The notes: generated by a model not told the origin, from the sequence alone. A stretch of 64,000 nt of DNA from a virus (IMGVR_UViG_3300029286_001043:28228-92227), one strand, 5' to 3'; positions 47,602 to 57,964 are shown, numbered from the stretch's first letter. Program-made: numbers and translations.

Positions 47602-48654
47602 TTATTTACTATCAGATGAAACTAAAACTCCTCCAGCTTGGCCAATTTGAGCAAACGTCTTTTCAGGCAATACTGTAATTCTATTTACTAATTGCGCCAT
47701 CATATCAGCTTTATATTTAGCTACTTCTACTTCAGCACGTCTTCCACCTGATTCACCATCATAAAGAGAAACAGATTCTAATTTCTTAACTTCAGCTCTT
47801 GCTTTACCTACAGCAAGTTCACCACTTGCACGAGCTAAGTTAGAATCTCTTTCTGCTTCTGCATCAAGTACTGTCTTACGCGCTTTAGCTTCTGCATCTG
47901 TAACTTGAGTAATTTTAGACGCTTCAGCAGTTTGTCTTGCTTCTTCTACTTTAGCCTGGCTCATAGCAAAGATACGCTTAGCTTCTTCTTGCGCGGCAAG
48001 GGTTTCTTCAACTTTACGTAATTTTTGCTGCATTGCTATCTGTTTACCTGCTATTTCTTGTTCATATTGAGGATCAAGATAAACTTTGTAAATGATAGTA
48101 TTCTCGATAACTAATCCTCTATCAACTAACACGAGGTTAGATTTAAGAGAATCTTCAATATCATTCTTGAATTTAACAAATCCTTCACCAGAATAGATGT
48201 TTAAGGCTGTTCTGGGCCGCGCAATCTCATTCACTACATCAATAATTTCTCTTTTAAGTACAACTGATTCGTATGTCTTACCAATACCCTGCTTATGAAT
48301 TGTTACTGCTTTATCTGGATTTAAGTGGTAATTGACTGACATTGCTATCCAAGCTTTTTGTCCACCGTTTTCACCAATATCAAGTAAGATTCTCGGATAT
48401 TCTGCTTCCGGGTTAGTAGCAGCATCATCAAAAGTTATCTTTTGAGTACCGATGTTGTAGGTATGTACATCATCAACGAAGTTATTATAGAAGTGCATAC
48501 CCGGTAATAACAATTCGTTCTTAACACCAGCCCAATTCTGTACTACACCTACTTCATTACCTTCTAACTTTACTGCGCCAAAAAACCCAAATAAAATAAA
48601 TAATAGGATTACACCTCCAATGCATACTGCAATTAATTTGCCTAAACTCCTCAT
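47602..48654 (-). CDS. SPFH/Band-7 (stomatin/prohibitin/HflK-like) membrane protein
   Basis: N-terminal TM (LIAVCIGGVILLFILFGFF), SPFH core, then Ala/Glu-rich coiled coil (AQEEAKRIFAMSQAKVEEARQTAEASK...). Strong RBS GGAGGTG. Confidence 0.7.
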   Translation of the reverse strand: MRSLGKLIAVCIGGVILLFILFGFFGAVKLEGNEVGVVQNWAGVKNELLLPGMHFYNNFVDDVHTYNIGTQKITFDDAATNPEAEYPRILLDIGENGGQKAWIAMSVNYHLNPDKAVTIHKQGIGKTYESVVLKREIIDVVNEIARPRTALNIYSGEGFVKFKNDIEDSLKSNLVLVDRGLVIENTIIYKVYLDPQYEQEIAGKQIAMQQKLRKVEETLAAQEEAKRIFAMSQAKVEEARQTAEASKITQVTDAEAKARKTVLDAEAERDSNLARASGELAVGKARAEVKKLESVSLYDGESGGRRAEVEVAKYKADMMAQLVNRITVLPEKTFAQIGQAGGVLVSSDSK

Positions 48655-48711
48655 CTCACACCTCCTGTTTCGGTTTCGCTTCTTGTGTATAGACTCTATA
48701 ATCTTTCATTT

Positions 48712-48816
48712 CTACTCCTTGTTAATTTTCTTTACTATCTTTGTTACAATTTTGTAGATTATCCATAAAAAGAATATTAATATGGCTAAATCTACAAGTA
48801 CTATAAGTCTTCCCAT
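48712..48816 (-). CDS. very small single-TM membrane protein upstream of the SPFH gene
   Basis: Hand-found 34-aa ORF MGRLIVLVDLAILIFFLWIIYKIVTKIVKKINKE with RBS GGAGGGAAAG. Below the track cut-off. Confidence 0.3.
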   Translation of the reverse strand: MGRLIVLVDLAILIFFLWIIYKIVTKIVKKINKE

Positions 48817-48851
48817 CTTTCCCTCCTTTATTTACTTATTCTGTTCTCCTA

Positions 48852-49325
48852 TTATAGTATATTCTTTTTGTCTATCTTTTTGCCAGTCTTTTTTACGTAT
48901 CCTAGTTTCGGGTCTTCTTGTCGTTTTATATTCAGCATCTGTTTCGACTTTACATAATCATAAAAATCCTCAGCTGTCATTCCCCATACTAGAGCCAAGT
49001 CCATAAGGAAACACATCATGTCGGCAATTTCAAATCTACCTTCTACCAAATCGTGCTTAAAGTCTTTAGGATATTGCTTCCATGTTTTCCACCGAATCTC
49101 CTGCCTTAATTCAGCTAACTCATCTGAAAGAGCGATCAGATAGATGTTAGTCCATTTATCACGATCTTCTGGTGAAATATTATCTAAATTATGGAAGCGC
49201 GAAGCAAACCCTTTCTGCAGCGCAAACAATTCATCCAACTTCGGACCTACATTATAATAATGAGATAAATGCTCTTTACACTCCTGCTTCAGTATTGACA
49301 TCTTTCCTCCTCTGATATTTGACAA
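48852..49325 (-). CDS. all-alpha NTP pyrophosphohydrolase (MazG/dimeric-dUTPase-like; candidate dCTPase/dUTPase)
   Basis: LSDELAELRQEI and EIADMMCFLMDLA resemble the paired EExxE motifs of MazG-type NTP-PPases. The true start may be an internal Met. Confidence 0.45.
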   Translation of the reverse strand: MSNIRGGKMSILKQECKEHLSHYYNVGPKLDELFALQKGFASRFHNLDNISPEDRDKWTNIYLIALSDELAELRQEIRWKTWKQYPKDFKHDLVEGRFEIADMMCFLMDLALVWGMTAEDFYDYVKSKQMLNIKRQEDPKLGYVKKTGKKIDKKNIL

Positions 49326-49761
49326 CTTGTATACCGGCTTTAATTAATAATTCAATTCCATCATAATCAACTTTTTCATATACCACCTTCTTTATCCCAG
49401 CTGAAATAATATTTCTGGCACACATTCTGCAGCATCCTTTATTTACATATAACTCTGCCCCAGCCGTTGATATTCCATTCTTGGCGGCCTGAAGTATCGC
49501 GTTATTTTCCGCGTGCTGACAGTCTCCAATCTCATATTTAGTACCAGAAGGAACGTTCCATCGTGAACAATCTTCAGGTTTTTCGCAATGTGAGAATTTA
49601 GGAAGAGTACCATTATACCCGGAACTTATAATCCGGCCTTCTTTAACTAAAACACAGCCGACCTGACTTTTAATACATGAAGATCTTTTCGCTACAACAT
49701 CACAAATTTCTAACATCATTTCATCAATACTAATTCGGTCATCCATTACAGAATTCCTCAA
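49276..49761 (-). CDS. cd: dCMP deaminase (zinc-dependent CMP/dCMP deaminase family)
   Basis: SSCIKSQVGCVLV, CQHAENNAI (H-A-E) and GCCRMCARNI (C..C) zinc-ligand motifs. Confidence 0.8.
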   Translation of the reverse strand: MRNSVMDDRISIDEMMLEICDVVAKRSSCIKSQVGCVLVKEGRIISSGYNGTLPKFSHCEKPEDCSRWNVPSGTKYEIGDCQHAENNAILQAAKNGISTAGAELYVNKGCCRMCARNIISAGIKKVVYEKVDYDGIELLIKAGIQVVKYQRRKDVNTEAGV

Positions 49762-50392
49762 CTTGTGCTAGTGTATTGATAGCTTTGCCATACTTAGCAT
49801 GAAATTCATCATGACATTCTGAACAGAATGTAATACCTTTCTTTAAAAACCAAAAAGGTTTATAATTAATCGCTAATTTAATCAAATGTTGGATATTATA
49901 ATTAAATTTAGAATATTTATTTAGAAAGTTATCTATTAATATTGATAAAGATATTATATGATGTGCTACCAAATAACCAGACTTTCTCTTACATTTTTGG
50001 CAAGTATAATGATCACGTTTAAAAACTGATTTAATCCATTCCTTATTTTGTAATAAATTCCTAATTTTATTTCCTAATGGAGTAATTCCGCCTTTCCAGT
50101 GTGGAGTATTTTTTCCAGTTAAACCCCTTGTCCAACCACATTCAGGCCGGCCCTTTTGGTTTAAACCGTTCAATCTGCATGTTTCTAATTGTTTTTTAGT
50201 TTTAGGCGCCGTCCCCATTCGGCGAACCTGATCAAGTTGTTTCTTAGTCTTAGGCATAGCATTCATTTTCCGGCAGTTGATTAATGAGGCTTCAAGTTGT
50301 TTTTTGGTTCGAGGCAATTTACTAGCATATTCAATAACTTTCAACATATGCTTTCTCCGCCAAACTTTAAGTGATTTAGATCCCTTTTTCAT
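49739..50392 (-). CDS. HNH homing endonuclease-like protein with TKKQLE repeats
   Basis: Triplicated ..PKTKKQLE.. repeats. RDHYTCQKCKRKSGYLVAHHIISLS...KGITFCSECHDEFH. Confidence 0.65.
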   Translation of the reverse strand: MKKGSKSLKVWRRKHMLKVIEYASKLPRTKKQLEASLINCRKMNAMPKTKKQLDQVRRMGTAPKTKKQLETCRLNGLNQKGRPECGWTRGLTGKNTPHWKGGITPLGNKIRNLLQNKEWIKSVFKRDHYTCQKCKRKSGYLVAHHIISLSILIDNFLNKYSKFNYNIQHLIKLAINYKPFWFLKKGITFCSECHDEFHAKYGKAINTLAQVEEFCNG

Positions 50393-52559
50393 CTTTTATC
50401 GGCTTATTAAATACCGTAAACAAATCTTCTAATTTATTAATAAAAAAGAATTCAAAATATTTATCATAATTAACTTCAATTCCATCAGGCAACTTATTAA
50501 TATTTTCATCTATAACTACGGCATCTAATTTTTCTTTTTTTCCTAATCCAAACTTCTCACGATCATTTACAACGACGAATAGCATTTTAACTAAATTACT
50601 TTGCCGGGTATCTTCAGTTATAGGAAGAAATTTTTCAGAGAAATTTAAAGCCCTAAGATGTTGAGGCATTACTTTATACGAATCTTTACTTTTATTGAAT
50701 TTCTTTACCATCGCTAAATCTAATAATGACATATTCCGTAATTCTTTATTATAATATTCAAGATCCACAGGTTTATTATTAAACAGATCCCTAATTATAT
50801 CACGATATTGTTTTCTAATCTTCTTCGGTGTACTATAGACTTCTGTACCGAATCCTTTAATATAGAACTTATCGCTATTCTTCAGTTTAGCAATATAGAT
50901 CTTCTTCTTGCCGAATAGTGCAATACGATCATATTCGTCTTTTAATTCAATCTTTAAATAATTATTTTGTATTTTATATAATTTAATATAATTTACAATT
51001 ATCTCATCGTTAATCTTTCGAATCATTTCTTTCGAATCCATCGCGGTCTGAATAAATAAAGAATCGGTATCTCCGTATATTACGGTTCCATATCCTAATC
51101 GCTCTATTTCTGATTTAAGAACTTTAATAAGCTTTCTTCCCATACTAGTAATACTTTTAGCTATATCCAGATCATATAACCTGAATTTCCTAAAAGCCAT
51201 TACACCATAGAAAGAATTCAATATTGTTTTATATGCGGATTGAACTGTATCTAAATTAATATATTCAATAGAATTTTCATCTTTAATATTTTTTAATTCC
51301 GCTTTCAATCTTAAACGTTCATCGTATAAGAATTTAATAGTCTCAGTAAGAATACCTAACGGCTGAGCTTTAAATCCTACCCCGTCTATAGTATAATCGG
51401 GATTGACTGAAGTCTTAGTATCTGGAGACATATTAAAAGTTAAAATTATACTAGGATAAAGAGAAGCGAAGTCCACCGATATTACATTCTCAAATACTCC
51501 TTTCGGAGGAGAGAATACATATCCTCCTTCATATTCTTCTATTTCAATCTGGTCTTCTAATTTCTTAGATGGGAATACATAATTGTTATATCTCTTTATT
51601 ACCATGGTATCTATTACGGCTGAATTAAAGAATGTATCTCTCATCAATACACCTGAGACATCTTGAATCTTCTTTAAAAATTCAATCATCTGTAACTTCT
51701 CATCTAATTCATGAACTAAATCTACGTCGTTTCTATTATACTTAATCCCTAAAGCCGGATCCTTTTTAAATAACTTGCCGAAGGTCATACCGACCTCAGT
51801 TTTGCCGCGTCCTAAGAAATGAGAAGCTACATTCTGAAGACTCATTCCACCCGTATCTTTCATTACGCTATACCCGATCTTTTTAATTATAATATCCATT
51901 CCATTAATAAACTCAATCATACTGAATTTATCTCTATCATAATTAACACCTAAATTCTTAGCTCTATTAAGTATATAGGTTAAGTCGTAATTAATTACAT
52001 TCCATCCTAATACAATATCTGGAAATACTACATCATTAATAAACTTAAAGAACTCCCGAAGAAAAACCTTTTCAGTAAGATAATCTTGAATATTAAAAGT
52101 CTTTGTAATCCAAACTCCATTATCTTTATATTTCAATGATATTAATAATATAGGAGCAAGAGCTAATTCAGCATTCAAACTATCATCTGTTTCAATATCC
52201 AAATAAGCAACATTATATTCAGTAGACAATTTAACATCCTGAGAATAAAACAAGTATTGATACTCAGCATGATACGAAGATAAATCGTATAAGTATACCA
52301 AATCTGGTCTAGTATTTACTAATTTGTCAAATAAATCATTATGTCTAGGGTCCAATATAGTTACTTTATCTACGGGCTCTTTAGTAAAGAAATGACATTT
52401 ACCGGCATCAGTTACTTCCATTATTCTAGGAACCGACCGCTGAAATCCTTTCTTAACAAAGAATATTCGTTTTAATATCTCACGGTCTATCTCTTTACTT
52501 CCATACCGTTTTATACGTATTTCGCTAGTCTTATAAGTATATTTAAGATTTGTTATCAA
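50376..52559 (-). CDS. gp43: DNA polymerase, family B (T4 gp43-like; exonuclease + polymerase domains)
   Basis: Exo I YLDIETD, Exo II GWNVINYDLTYI, Exo III YNRNDVDLV. Pol motif A VDFASLYPSII, motif B KTILNSFYGVMAF, motif C YGDTDSLFI. Confidence 0.85.
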   Translation of the reverse strand: MITNLKYTYKTSEIRIKRYGSKEIDREILKRIFFVKKGFQRSVPRIMEVTDAGKCHFFTKEPVDKVTILDPRHNDLFDKLVNTRPDLVYLYDLSSYHAEYQYLFYSQDVKLSTEYNVAYLDIETDDSLNAELALAPILLISLKYKDNGVWITKTFNIQDYLTEKVFLREFFKFINDVVFPDIVLGWNVINYDLTYILNRAKNLGVNYDRDKFSMIEFINGMDIIIKKIGYSVMKDTGGMSLQNVASHFLGRGKTEVGMTFGKLFKKDPALGIKYNRNDVDLVHELDEKLQMIEFLKKIQDVSGVLMRDTFFNSAVIDTMVIKRYNNYVFPSKKLEDQIEIEEYEGGYVFSPPKGVFENVISVDFASLYPSIILTFNMSPDTKTSVNPDYTIDGVGFKAQPLGILTETIKFLYDERLRLKAELKNIKDENSIEYINLDTVQSAYKTILNSFYGVMAFRKFRLYDLDIAKSITSMGRKLIKVLKSEIERLGYGTVIYGDTDSLFIQTAMDSKEMIRKINDEIIVNYIKLYKIQNNYLKIELKDEYDRIALFGKKKIYIAKLKNSDKFYIKGFGTEVYSTPKKIRKQYRDIIRDLFNNKPVDLEYYNKELRNMSLLDLAMVKKFNKSKDSYKVMPQHLRALNFSEKFLPITEDTRQSNLVKMLFVVVNDREKFGLGKKEKLDAVVIDENINKLPDGIEVNYDKYFEFFFINKLEDLFTVFNKPIKDEKGI

Positions 52560-53523
52560 GGTTTTTATACAGCTCTTTAACTTCGGTTATTAATATCTTC
52601 TTATATTCGTCTTCGTTTATCTCATCGAGAAATTTCATCTTCTCAGATAATTCTAAAAGATCTGTAAACTTACTGAATTTAGGCATGAAAGAATTCTGAC
52701 TAAATATGATAGTTCCTAGCAAAAGAGATTCAAATATTCTAGGAGCTAAGAAATCAGATTTCAAATATACTGGTTTACTAATCTGTACAGTATAAGGAGA
52801 AGAAGCTAATTGCTCGTATCCATATGCTCGATCTTTCCGTGATATTACTTCATAAATAAATGGATGCTTAATCCAAGTACCCTGAACCTTAATCATCAAT
52901 TCAGGATAATACTTCTTTAACTCTGCAAAACTATCTTGAATACCTTCCTTGAAATATTCATTACCTATATAAGTAAGTTGAAAGGTTAGTTTGGACTTAA
53001 AATAACTATCTATACAGGCTAGAACATCCTCTTCTAATACTGGAATGATTTTAGTTACATCCCCCGTGCCCTTAGGATAATCATATTTGCCATTGAAATA
53101 AGTTACTATATGTTCGTATGGCTTCTTAACCTGTTCATCGGTATCAATTATGATACATTTATCTTTGAACTTATTATATATTTGTTCAAAATCATACGTA
53201 TCGAGACTTCCATCTTTTAATCTACTATAATTTCTAAATCTATTCTTCAAAAACAATATATCGTAATCGGTATCTAACACCTCTTCTAATGATACATTAT
53301 CTTTATCAACTAATTTATCATATAAGTCTTCGCGTATCTCAGGAAGGACATGATATTTAGGAGTCTTATAATCATAAACTGTATCATAATAATGAATATC
53401 AAATTTATCGATCTTATATTCTTTAGCTAACGAATGAAGAAGGAATAATTGATACAGCGGATGAGATGGAATATTTACATCATGGTCGAACATGCGACCG
53501 AAATATCCGAAAAGGGCTTTCAT
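52543..53523 (-). CDS. hypothetical protein (speculative: DNA-modifying glycosyltransferase candidate)
   Basis: 326-aa ORF coupled to the DNA polymerase gene. No confident motif. Confidence 0.35.
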   Translation of the reverse strand: MKALFGYFGRMFDHDVNIPSHPLYQLFLLHSLAKEYKIDKFDIHYYDTVYDYKTPKYHVLPEIREDLYDKLVDKDNVSLEEVLDTDYDILFLKNRFRNYSRLKDGSLDTYDFEQIYNKFKDKCIIIDTDEQVKKPYEHIVTYFNGKYDYPKGTGDVTKIIPVLEEDVLACIDSYFKSKLTFQLTYIGNEYFKEGIQDSFAELKKYYPELMIKVQGTWIKHPFIYEVISRKDRAYGYEQLASSPYTVQISKPVYLKSDFLAPRIFESLLLGTIIFSQNSFMPKFSKFTDLLELSEKMKFLDEINEDEYKKILITEVKELYKNLDNKS

Positions 53524-54176
53524 TTACAAAATTCCTTTATTTTATCCTTCAATGCCATAAACTCCTCAGTCCTTAAATATCGAGTAGCTGATGGATGTGT
53601 TACCTTTATATAGTTCTTAAGTTCTAACCCGTCAATTATCTTATCATATATAGGATAGCTTCCTAAGAAGATTATTCTCTGTCCATCAAAGAATTGCAAC
53701 TCCTTTATAATATCAGGATAATATTGTTTAACCATCTCAACATTATACAAATTTTTAAAGAAATATTCTTTACAGACATTTGTAAAGTACCATTTATAAT
53801 CAAAGCTTAACATCTCATGTAAAGTCTTGCTTGATGGACCGTATTGCCAATTGCTTTCCCCGAAACTGCTCATTGAAAATCCGGGAGCAATTCCTACTAT
53901 AATAATCGACTCTTTACTTACATATCCTCTAGGAGGAGTCATAACCGTTTCATATAATGGTTTATAAATCTTCTCCATATACTTATATACAAAAGTATCA
54001 TTTGAATGTACTATCCCTGGGTATTTAAGAACTAAAGGAATGCGAACATCCTCTTCATTAGGAAGATAAAAGGTTGTCTGCTTATTATTCCTAACAAACA
54101 GTTTATCTTCATCAGATACTTTTGTCAGATCATATTGATGCTGAAATATATATGTAAGTATTGCCTTATCTATCAT
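53520..54176 (-). CDS. uracil-DNA glycosylase superfamily protein (family 4/5-like)
   Basis: IIIVGIAPG...FGESNWQYGP (GEAPG-type motif A with I in place of E) and C-terminal KVTHPSATRYL (HPS motif B). Confidence 0.45.
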   Translation of the reverse strand: MIDKAILTYIFQHQYDLTKVSDEDKLFVRNNKQTTFYLPNEEDVRIPLVLKYPGIVHSNDTFVYKYMEKIYKPLYETVMTPPRGYVSKESIIIVGIAPGFSMSSFGESNWQYGPSSKTLHEMLSFDYKWYFTNVCKEYFFKNLYNVEMVKQYYPDIIKELQFFDGQRIIFLGSYPIYDKIIDGLELKNYIKVTHPSATRYLRTEEFMALKDKIKEFCK

Positions 54177-55132
54177 TAGACTTTATGGCTGCACGTCGGG
54201 CAACAGCCAACTGTCTCCATATTCTGTACATGTAATCCTGCTTCCAATAACTTATATCGAAATCCACCTAATGTCCGATTAGCCATTGAAGTAAGATCGT
54301 TGATTACGTCAAAGAATGTTAATGTCTTGAGCTCTACCTTTTCAGACCATTCCTTCCACTTCTTATTTAATACGCCTTTAGGATATATATGTCCAAAGGC
54401 GCTTGAAATCTCGCGAACATTCTCGATTGGCTGATTTGCTTTAGTAGAAAACCAGCTAGACAATTCCATACCTTGACGGAATATTGAATCAGACTTCAGA
54501 AAATCGAAATCGTCATTATTCCATAGTTCAAATTTCTTAGTTAACCCATTAAGACAAACTAGTCGATTAACCCCACAGCTGATCTTTACACTACCGTTCA
54601 AACTAACAAATACTCCAGCATCAAGGAAATCTCCTTTACGTGCTTCAATCCTTCCTTTAATAGTAGAAAGGAACTGAATCTCGGCATGATCGCCTTCTCC
54701 ACCGATTACCAATTCGTCATAGTCTTTATAGTCGTCTAATTTAACCTTATCAAAAAAATCCTTCAACGTAATATCCTTTTTGTTTGCTTTAAATACAATT
54801 TTATTTCTAAGCGTCAAATCTCCTTCATCAGTATTTATTACATCGAATAAGAATTTAGGATCTGGATTGCCGCTTTCAAGCCAATACGTTTTAATTATAT
54901 CTTTAACTACGTCTATTCTATTATTCTTAATTAACATCCGGCCGATTCGTCCCATCGGGGCAACGATCTCTTTCATGTTTAACTCCGCACTATAATTTTC
55001 GTCGTGAATCAAAATATTCGGTTTTTCATAAATATCAGAATTCAAAAATGTTAATACTCTAGAACCTTTAATTTCAATCGTTGAAAGTCTATCTGTTATT
55101 TCGCTACTTTTACCACGCCACCAATTAACCAT
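54176..55132 (-). CDS. hypothetical protein (C-terminal CCPTCSH)
   Basis: 318-aa ORF. Confidence 0.4.
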   Translation of the reverse strand: MVNWWRGKSSEITDRLSTIEIKGSRVLTFLNSDIYEKPNILIHDENYSAELNMKEIVAPMGRIGRMLIKNNRIDVVKDIIKTYWLESGNPDPKFLFDVINTDEGDLTLRNKIVFKANKKDITLKDFFDKVKLDDYKDYDELVIGGEGDHAEIQFLSTIKGRIEARKGDFLDAGVFVSLNGSVKISCGVNRLVCLNGLTKKFELWNNDDFDFLKSDSIFRQGMELSSWFSTKANQPIENVREISSAFGHIYPKGVLNKKWKEWSEKVELKTLTFFDVINDLTSMANRTLGGFRYKLLEAGLHVQNMETVGCCPTCSHKV

Positions 55133-55697
55133 TTAACACCCCTCCTTTATTTTTAAAATACTCGATCCAATATTCTCTATTAAAATTCGTTTTAACATGA
55201 CATCCATCACATAGGGTAATCAGATTATCAGGATTACAGTTCTTCTTATTATAATCAATATGGTGAACATCAGTCGCTGGCTCTTTACCACAGATCTGAC
55301 AAGTATAATGATCTCGTTCTCTAATACTTCGGCGCAAAGTTTCCGTCCAATCAACCGAATATGGCTCAAATGATATGCCACCTCGCCAACTTGAATTTTT
55401 ATCTCCTCTAGGACATACACGTTTACAAGTTTCACTTATTTTTTTCTTTATTTCATCAGAAAGATATTTTCCTTTATGCGAAATACTTAATTTTAATTTC
55501 GTTTCAGGAGAAACAATCTTTCCCTTATGAATTTTACTTACCATATCTTTATAAGATTTAGTATTACATCTAATTTTATTTTTTTCACTTATTTTGTGTC
55601 TTGTTTCATTAGAACATAAATTACCAATATGCGATAACTTCATATTCTTTAGATGTATTTCAGAAAATTGTTTTCGTTTATAAACTCCACTAGGCAT
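55125..55697 (-). CDS. HNH homing endonuclease-like protein with NUMOD-like repeats
   Basis: RDHYTCQICGKEPATDVHHIDYNKKNCNPDNLITLCDGCH. Repeats SPETKLKLSISHKGKYLSDEIKKKISE. Confidence 0.7.
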   Translation of the reverse strand: MPSGVYKRKQFSEIHLKNMKLSHIGNLCSNETRHKISEKNKIRCNTKSYKDMVSKIHKGKIVSPETKLKLSISHKGKYLSDEIKKKISETCKRVCPRGDKNSSWRGGISFEPYSVDWTETLRRSIRERDHYTCQICGKEPATDVHHIDYNKKNCNPDNLITLCDGCHVKTNFNREYWIEYFKNKGGVLNG

Positions 55698-56739
55698 TTC
55701 TATTTACCTCAAATATGTTTAACTCTCCTAATTTAATATATTCTCTTTTGTATAAATGTTGCATAACATCTTCTCTATCGTCTAAATAAGTAAAAGGTAT
55801 CTTTAAATCAGTTATCATATCAATACAGTATTCCTTGAGTACTTTAGACGATAACCCGATATTCTTGTTATTCCATATATAATAGATAGGCCGGTCAATA
55901 ACACTAACTAACTTTAAGTGTATATAGTCTTCAATTTTTTCTCGGCCAGTTATAATCAGCAATGGTTCATTCAAATTGCCGAGAGAATTAATATAGTTAA
56001 CAACTTCGATTCTCAACTCAGCATTCTTCATTTCGGGATAACCTAACTTCAGAATTGTCCCATCCAAATCTGAAATTATAATACCGTTCTTCTTTTCAAA
56101 TATACTAAGAGTATTCAAATGTTTCGTAAGATACTTTTTTATTCGGCTATCATAATAGTAACAATCAAATCTGCATTCGGCTATCTCGGTACATAAATCA
56201 GAAAAATCGGAAGTACTAAACTTCATACCGTCATCTCGATAGAAAATTTTAACCTCACAACCTGCTAATCTTAATCTGGCTACCAAACATTTAAACTCCT
56301 CATTCACATCTTTTTCCCATTGCTCCTTCATCCCAGAATCCCGCCGAATGAAGATCCAGAACTCCGACATAGGTTTAAACATCTCTAGATAGGCTTCAAG
56401 GTAGGTGTCCATGGTCACATGCCTGATTACCTTAGAATATACGTAACTGGATAGAAAACCACGATCTACGAATAGTATTTTGGAAAGATCTGAAGTCTGA
56501 TTTATGAAGTCAAATAGAATTCTCCAGTCGTGTTTAAGGCTCTCGTCTAAATTAACTTTCTCTCCGGCAAAATCAGAACCCATTTGATAGTTAGAACGAA
56601 AGTAAACGAATGAATTAGGATCGGCATTAATAACTTGCTTTATTTTGGTTGTCTTACCTGCACCATCTGTTCCCGAACAAAAAAGTATCTTACGAAACAT
56701 TTGAATACTCCTTAAATTTTTGTAAATATATTTTATCAA
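55690..56739 (-). CDS. bifunctional P-loop kinase / HAD phosphatase, T4 polynucleotide kinase-phosphatase (PseT)-like
   Basis: N-terminal Walker A FCSGTDGAGKTT. C-terminal IISDLDGTI (DxDGT) and IITGREK (HAD motif II/III region). Confidence 0.5.
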   Translation of the reverse strand: MIKYIYKNLRSIQMFRKILFCSGTDGAGKTTKIKQVINADPNSFVYFRSNYQMGSDFAGEKVNLDESLKHDWRILFDFINQTSDLSKILFVDRGFLSSYVYSKVIRHVTMDTYLEAYLEMFKPMSEFWIFIRRDSGMKEQWEKDVNEEFKCLVARLRLAGCEVKIFYRDDGMKFSTSDFSDLCTEIAECRFDCYYYDSRIKKYLTKHLNTLSIFEKKNGIIISDLDGTILKLGYPEMKNAELRIEVVNYINSLGNLNEPLLIITGREKIEDYIHLKLVSVIDRPIYYIWNNKNIGLSSKVLKEYCIDMITDLKIPFTYLDDREDVMQHLYKREYIKLGELNIFEVNRNA

Positions 56740-57616
56740 AGATTATTAATCCTTTATCTATATATTCTTTAATGACGGCAGAACTATAATTAGGAATATC
56801 TTTCTCAATTATTATAATAAATCGTTTTCCAAATCGTTCTTTCGCCGCATTAAATTTAGCTTTATTATAGGTTGTATTTATTAGTTTTTCAGGTTTTACT
56901 TCTGCTATTTGATCGGTTTTAGGTAAATAAAAATCAGGAGAATAAGTTCTTTTATTTCCAGAAATAGGATCAATATAATCAATTCTATATTTTATAATTT
57001 CAGCTTTATTAAATTGTATTTGTGACTCAGTTAAAAACATCATATATTTCAGCTCTAAAATACTCCTAAAATAAATCCCATTAAATCTTCCCTTCCAACC
57101 GTTCCCCGATTTTTTAGGCGAAGGCTTACCGAACATTGGATTATTTTCGCCGGAAGACGAAATACTTAATTTATGTTTAATCTTATTCGCCTTATCAATA
57201 CCGAATCTCTGTTCCCAAGTTTTACCCTTAGCATCTTCATGACATTTTTCAAACTTACAATATTTACCACCATAATTTGGATTATTTTTCCCACTACTAT
57301 TTTTACTAAATTTTTCTTTAACTAATTTAGCCTTTTCAACACCTAATATTTGTTCAAGAGTTTTCCCGCTTTGCTTTCTACTCCAAATCTGAATACAGGA
57401 AGTTCTTAATCCTAACGTATACGCTATTTCTTGTTTACACCCTCGACATAAATCTTTATTATATTGTCTATAGCCGCTAATGACATTGTAATATTTTCGT
57501 CTATATATCTTCCCACAAGTATCGCACTTCACATCACATGACTGAGTAACGATTATAGTTCCATTACGTATTTTTCCTGTTTCACACTTATTCTTCTTTA
57601 ATTTAGATAATATCAT
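56690..57616 (-). CDS. homing endonuclease-like protein (Zn finger, NUMOD3, PD-(D/E)xK)
   Basis: CDVKCDTCGK. GKNNPNYGGKY and GENNPMFGKPSPKK repeats. YSPDFYLPKTDQIAEVKPEKL core. Confidence 0.6.
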   Translation of the reverse strand: MILSKLKKNKCETGKIRNGTIIVTQSCDVKCDTCGKIYRRKYYNVISGYRQYNKDLCRGCKQEIAYTLGLRTSCIQIWSRKQSGKTLEQILGVEKAKLVKEKFSKNSSGKNNPNYGGKYCKFEKCHEDAKGKTWEQRFGIDKANKIKHKLSISSSGENNPMFGKPSPKKSGNGWKGRFNGIYFRSILELKYMMFLTESQIQFNKAEIIKYRIDYIDPISGNKRTYSPDFYLPKTDQIAEVKPEKLINTTYNKAKFNAAKERFGKRFIIIIEKDIPNYSSAVIKEYIDKGLIIFDKIYLQKFKEYSNVS

Positions 57617-57718
57617 AAAATTTAGGTGGGACTCTCAGTGCCTGCATCTTACACCGTGTCTCGCTTACGCGATTGCCCGCACGATACGCTGTTTCTGGTT
57701 TTCCCGATTTAATTACTG

Positions 57719-57964
57719 TTAAGCCGTTGCCTCTTCTGCAACAACCTTCTTCACTTTCTTTACCTTTACTTCTTTTACCAGTTTAACTTCTGCCGCTGGC
57801 GCACCACCTTTATGTCGATCATAGATAATCTTTAAAGACGCGATCTTGCGATCTACTTTAAATTCAGTTTTAATTCCGGCCGCTACCTCTTCGAAAGTCT
57901 TACCTTCATTCTTCAATACCACAATCTTCGCTATCTCCGCTTCGCTGTACCTTTTCCCTGCCAT
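57719..57964 (-). CDS. hypothetical small protein in a GC-richer island
   Basis: 81 aa with Lys/Val-rich C-terminus. Strong RBS AAGGAGGAAG. Flanking UTRs are GC-elevated with an 11-bp inverted repeat. Confidence 0.4.
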   Translation of the reverse strand: MAGKRYSEAEIAKIVVLKNEGKTFEEVAAGIKTEFKVDRKIASLKIIYDRHKGGAPAAEVKLVKEVKVKKVKKVVAEEATA

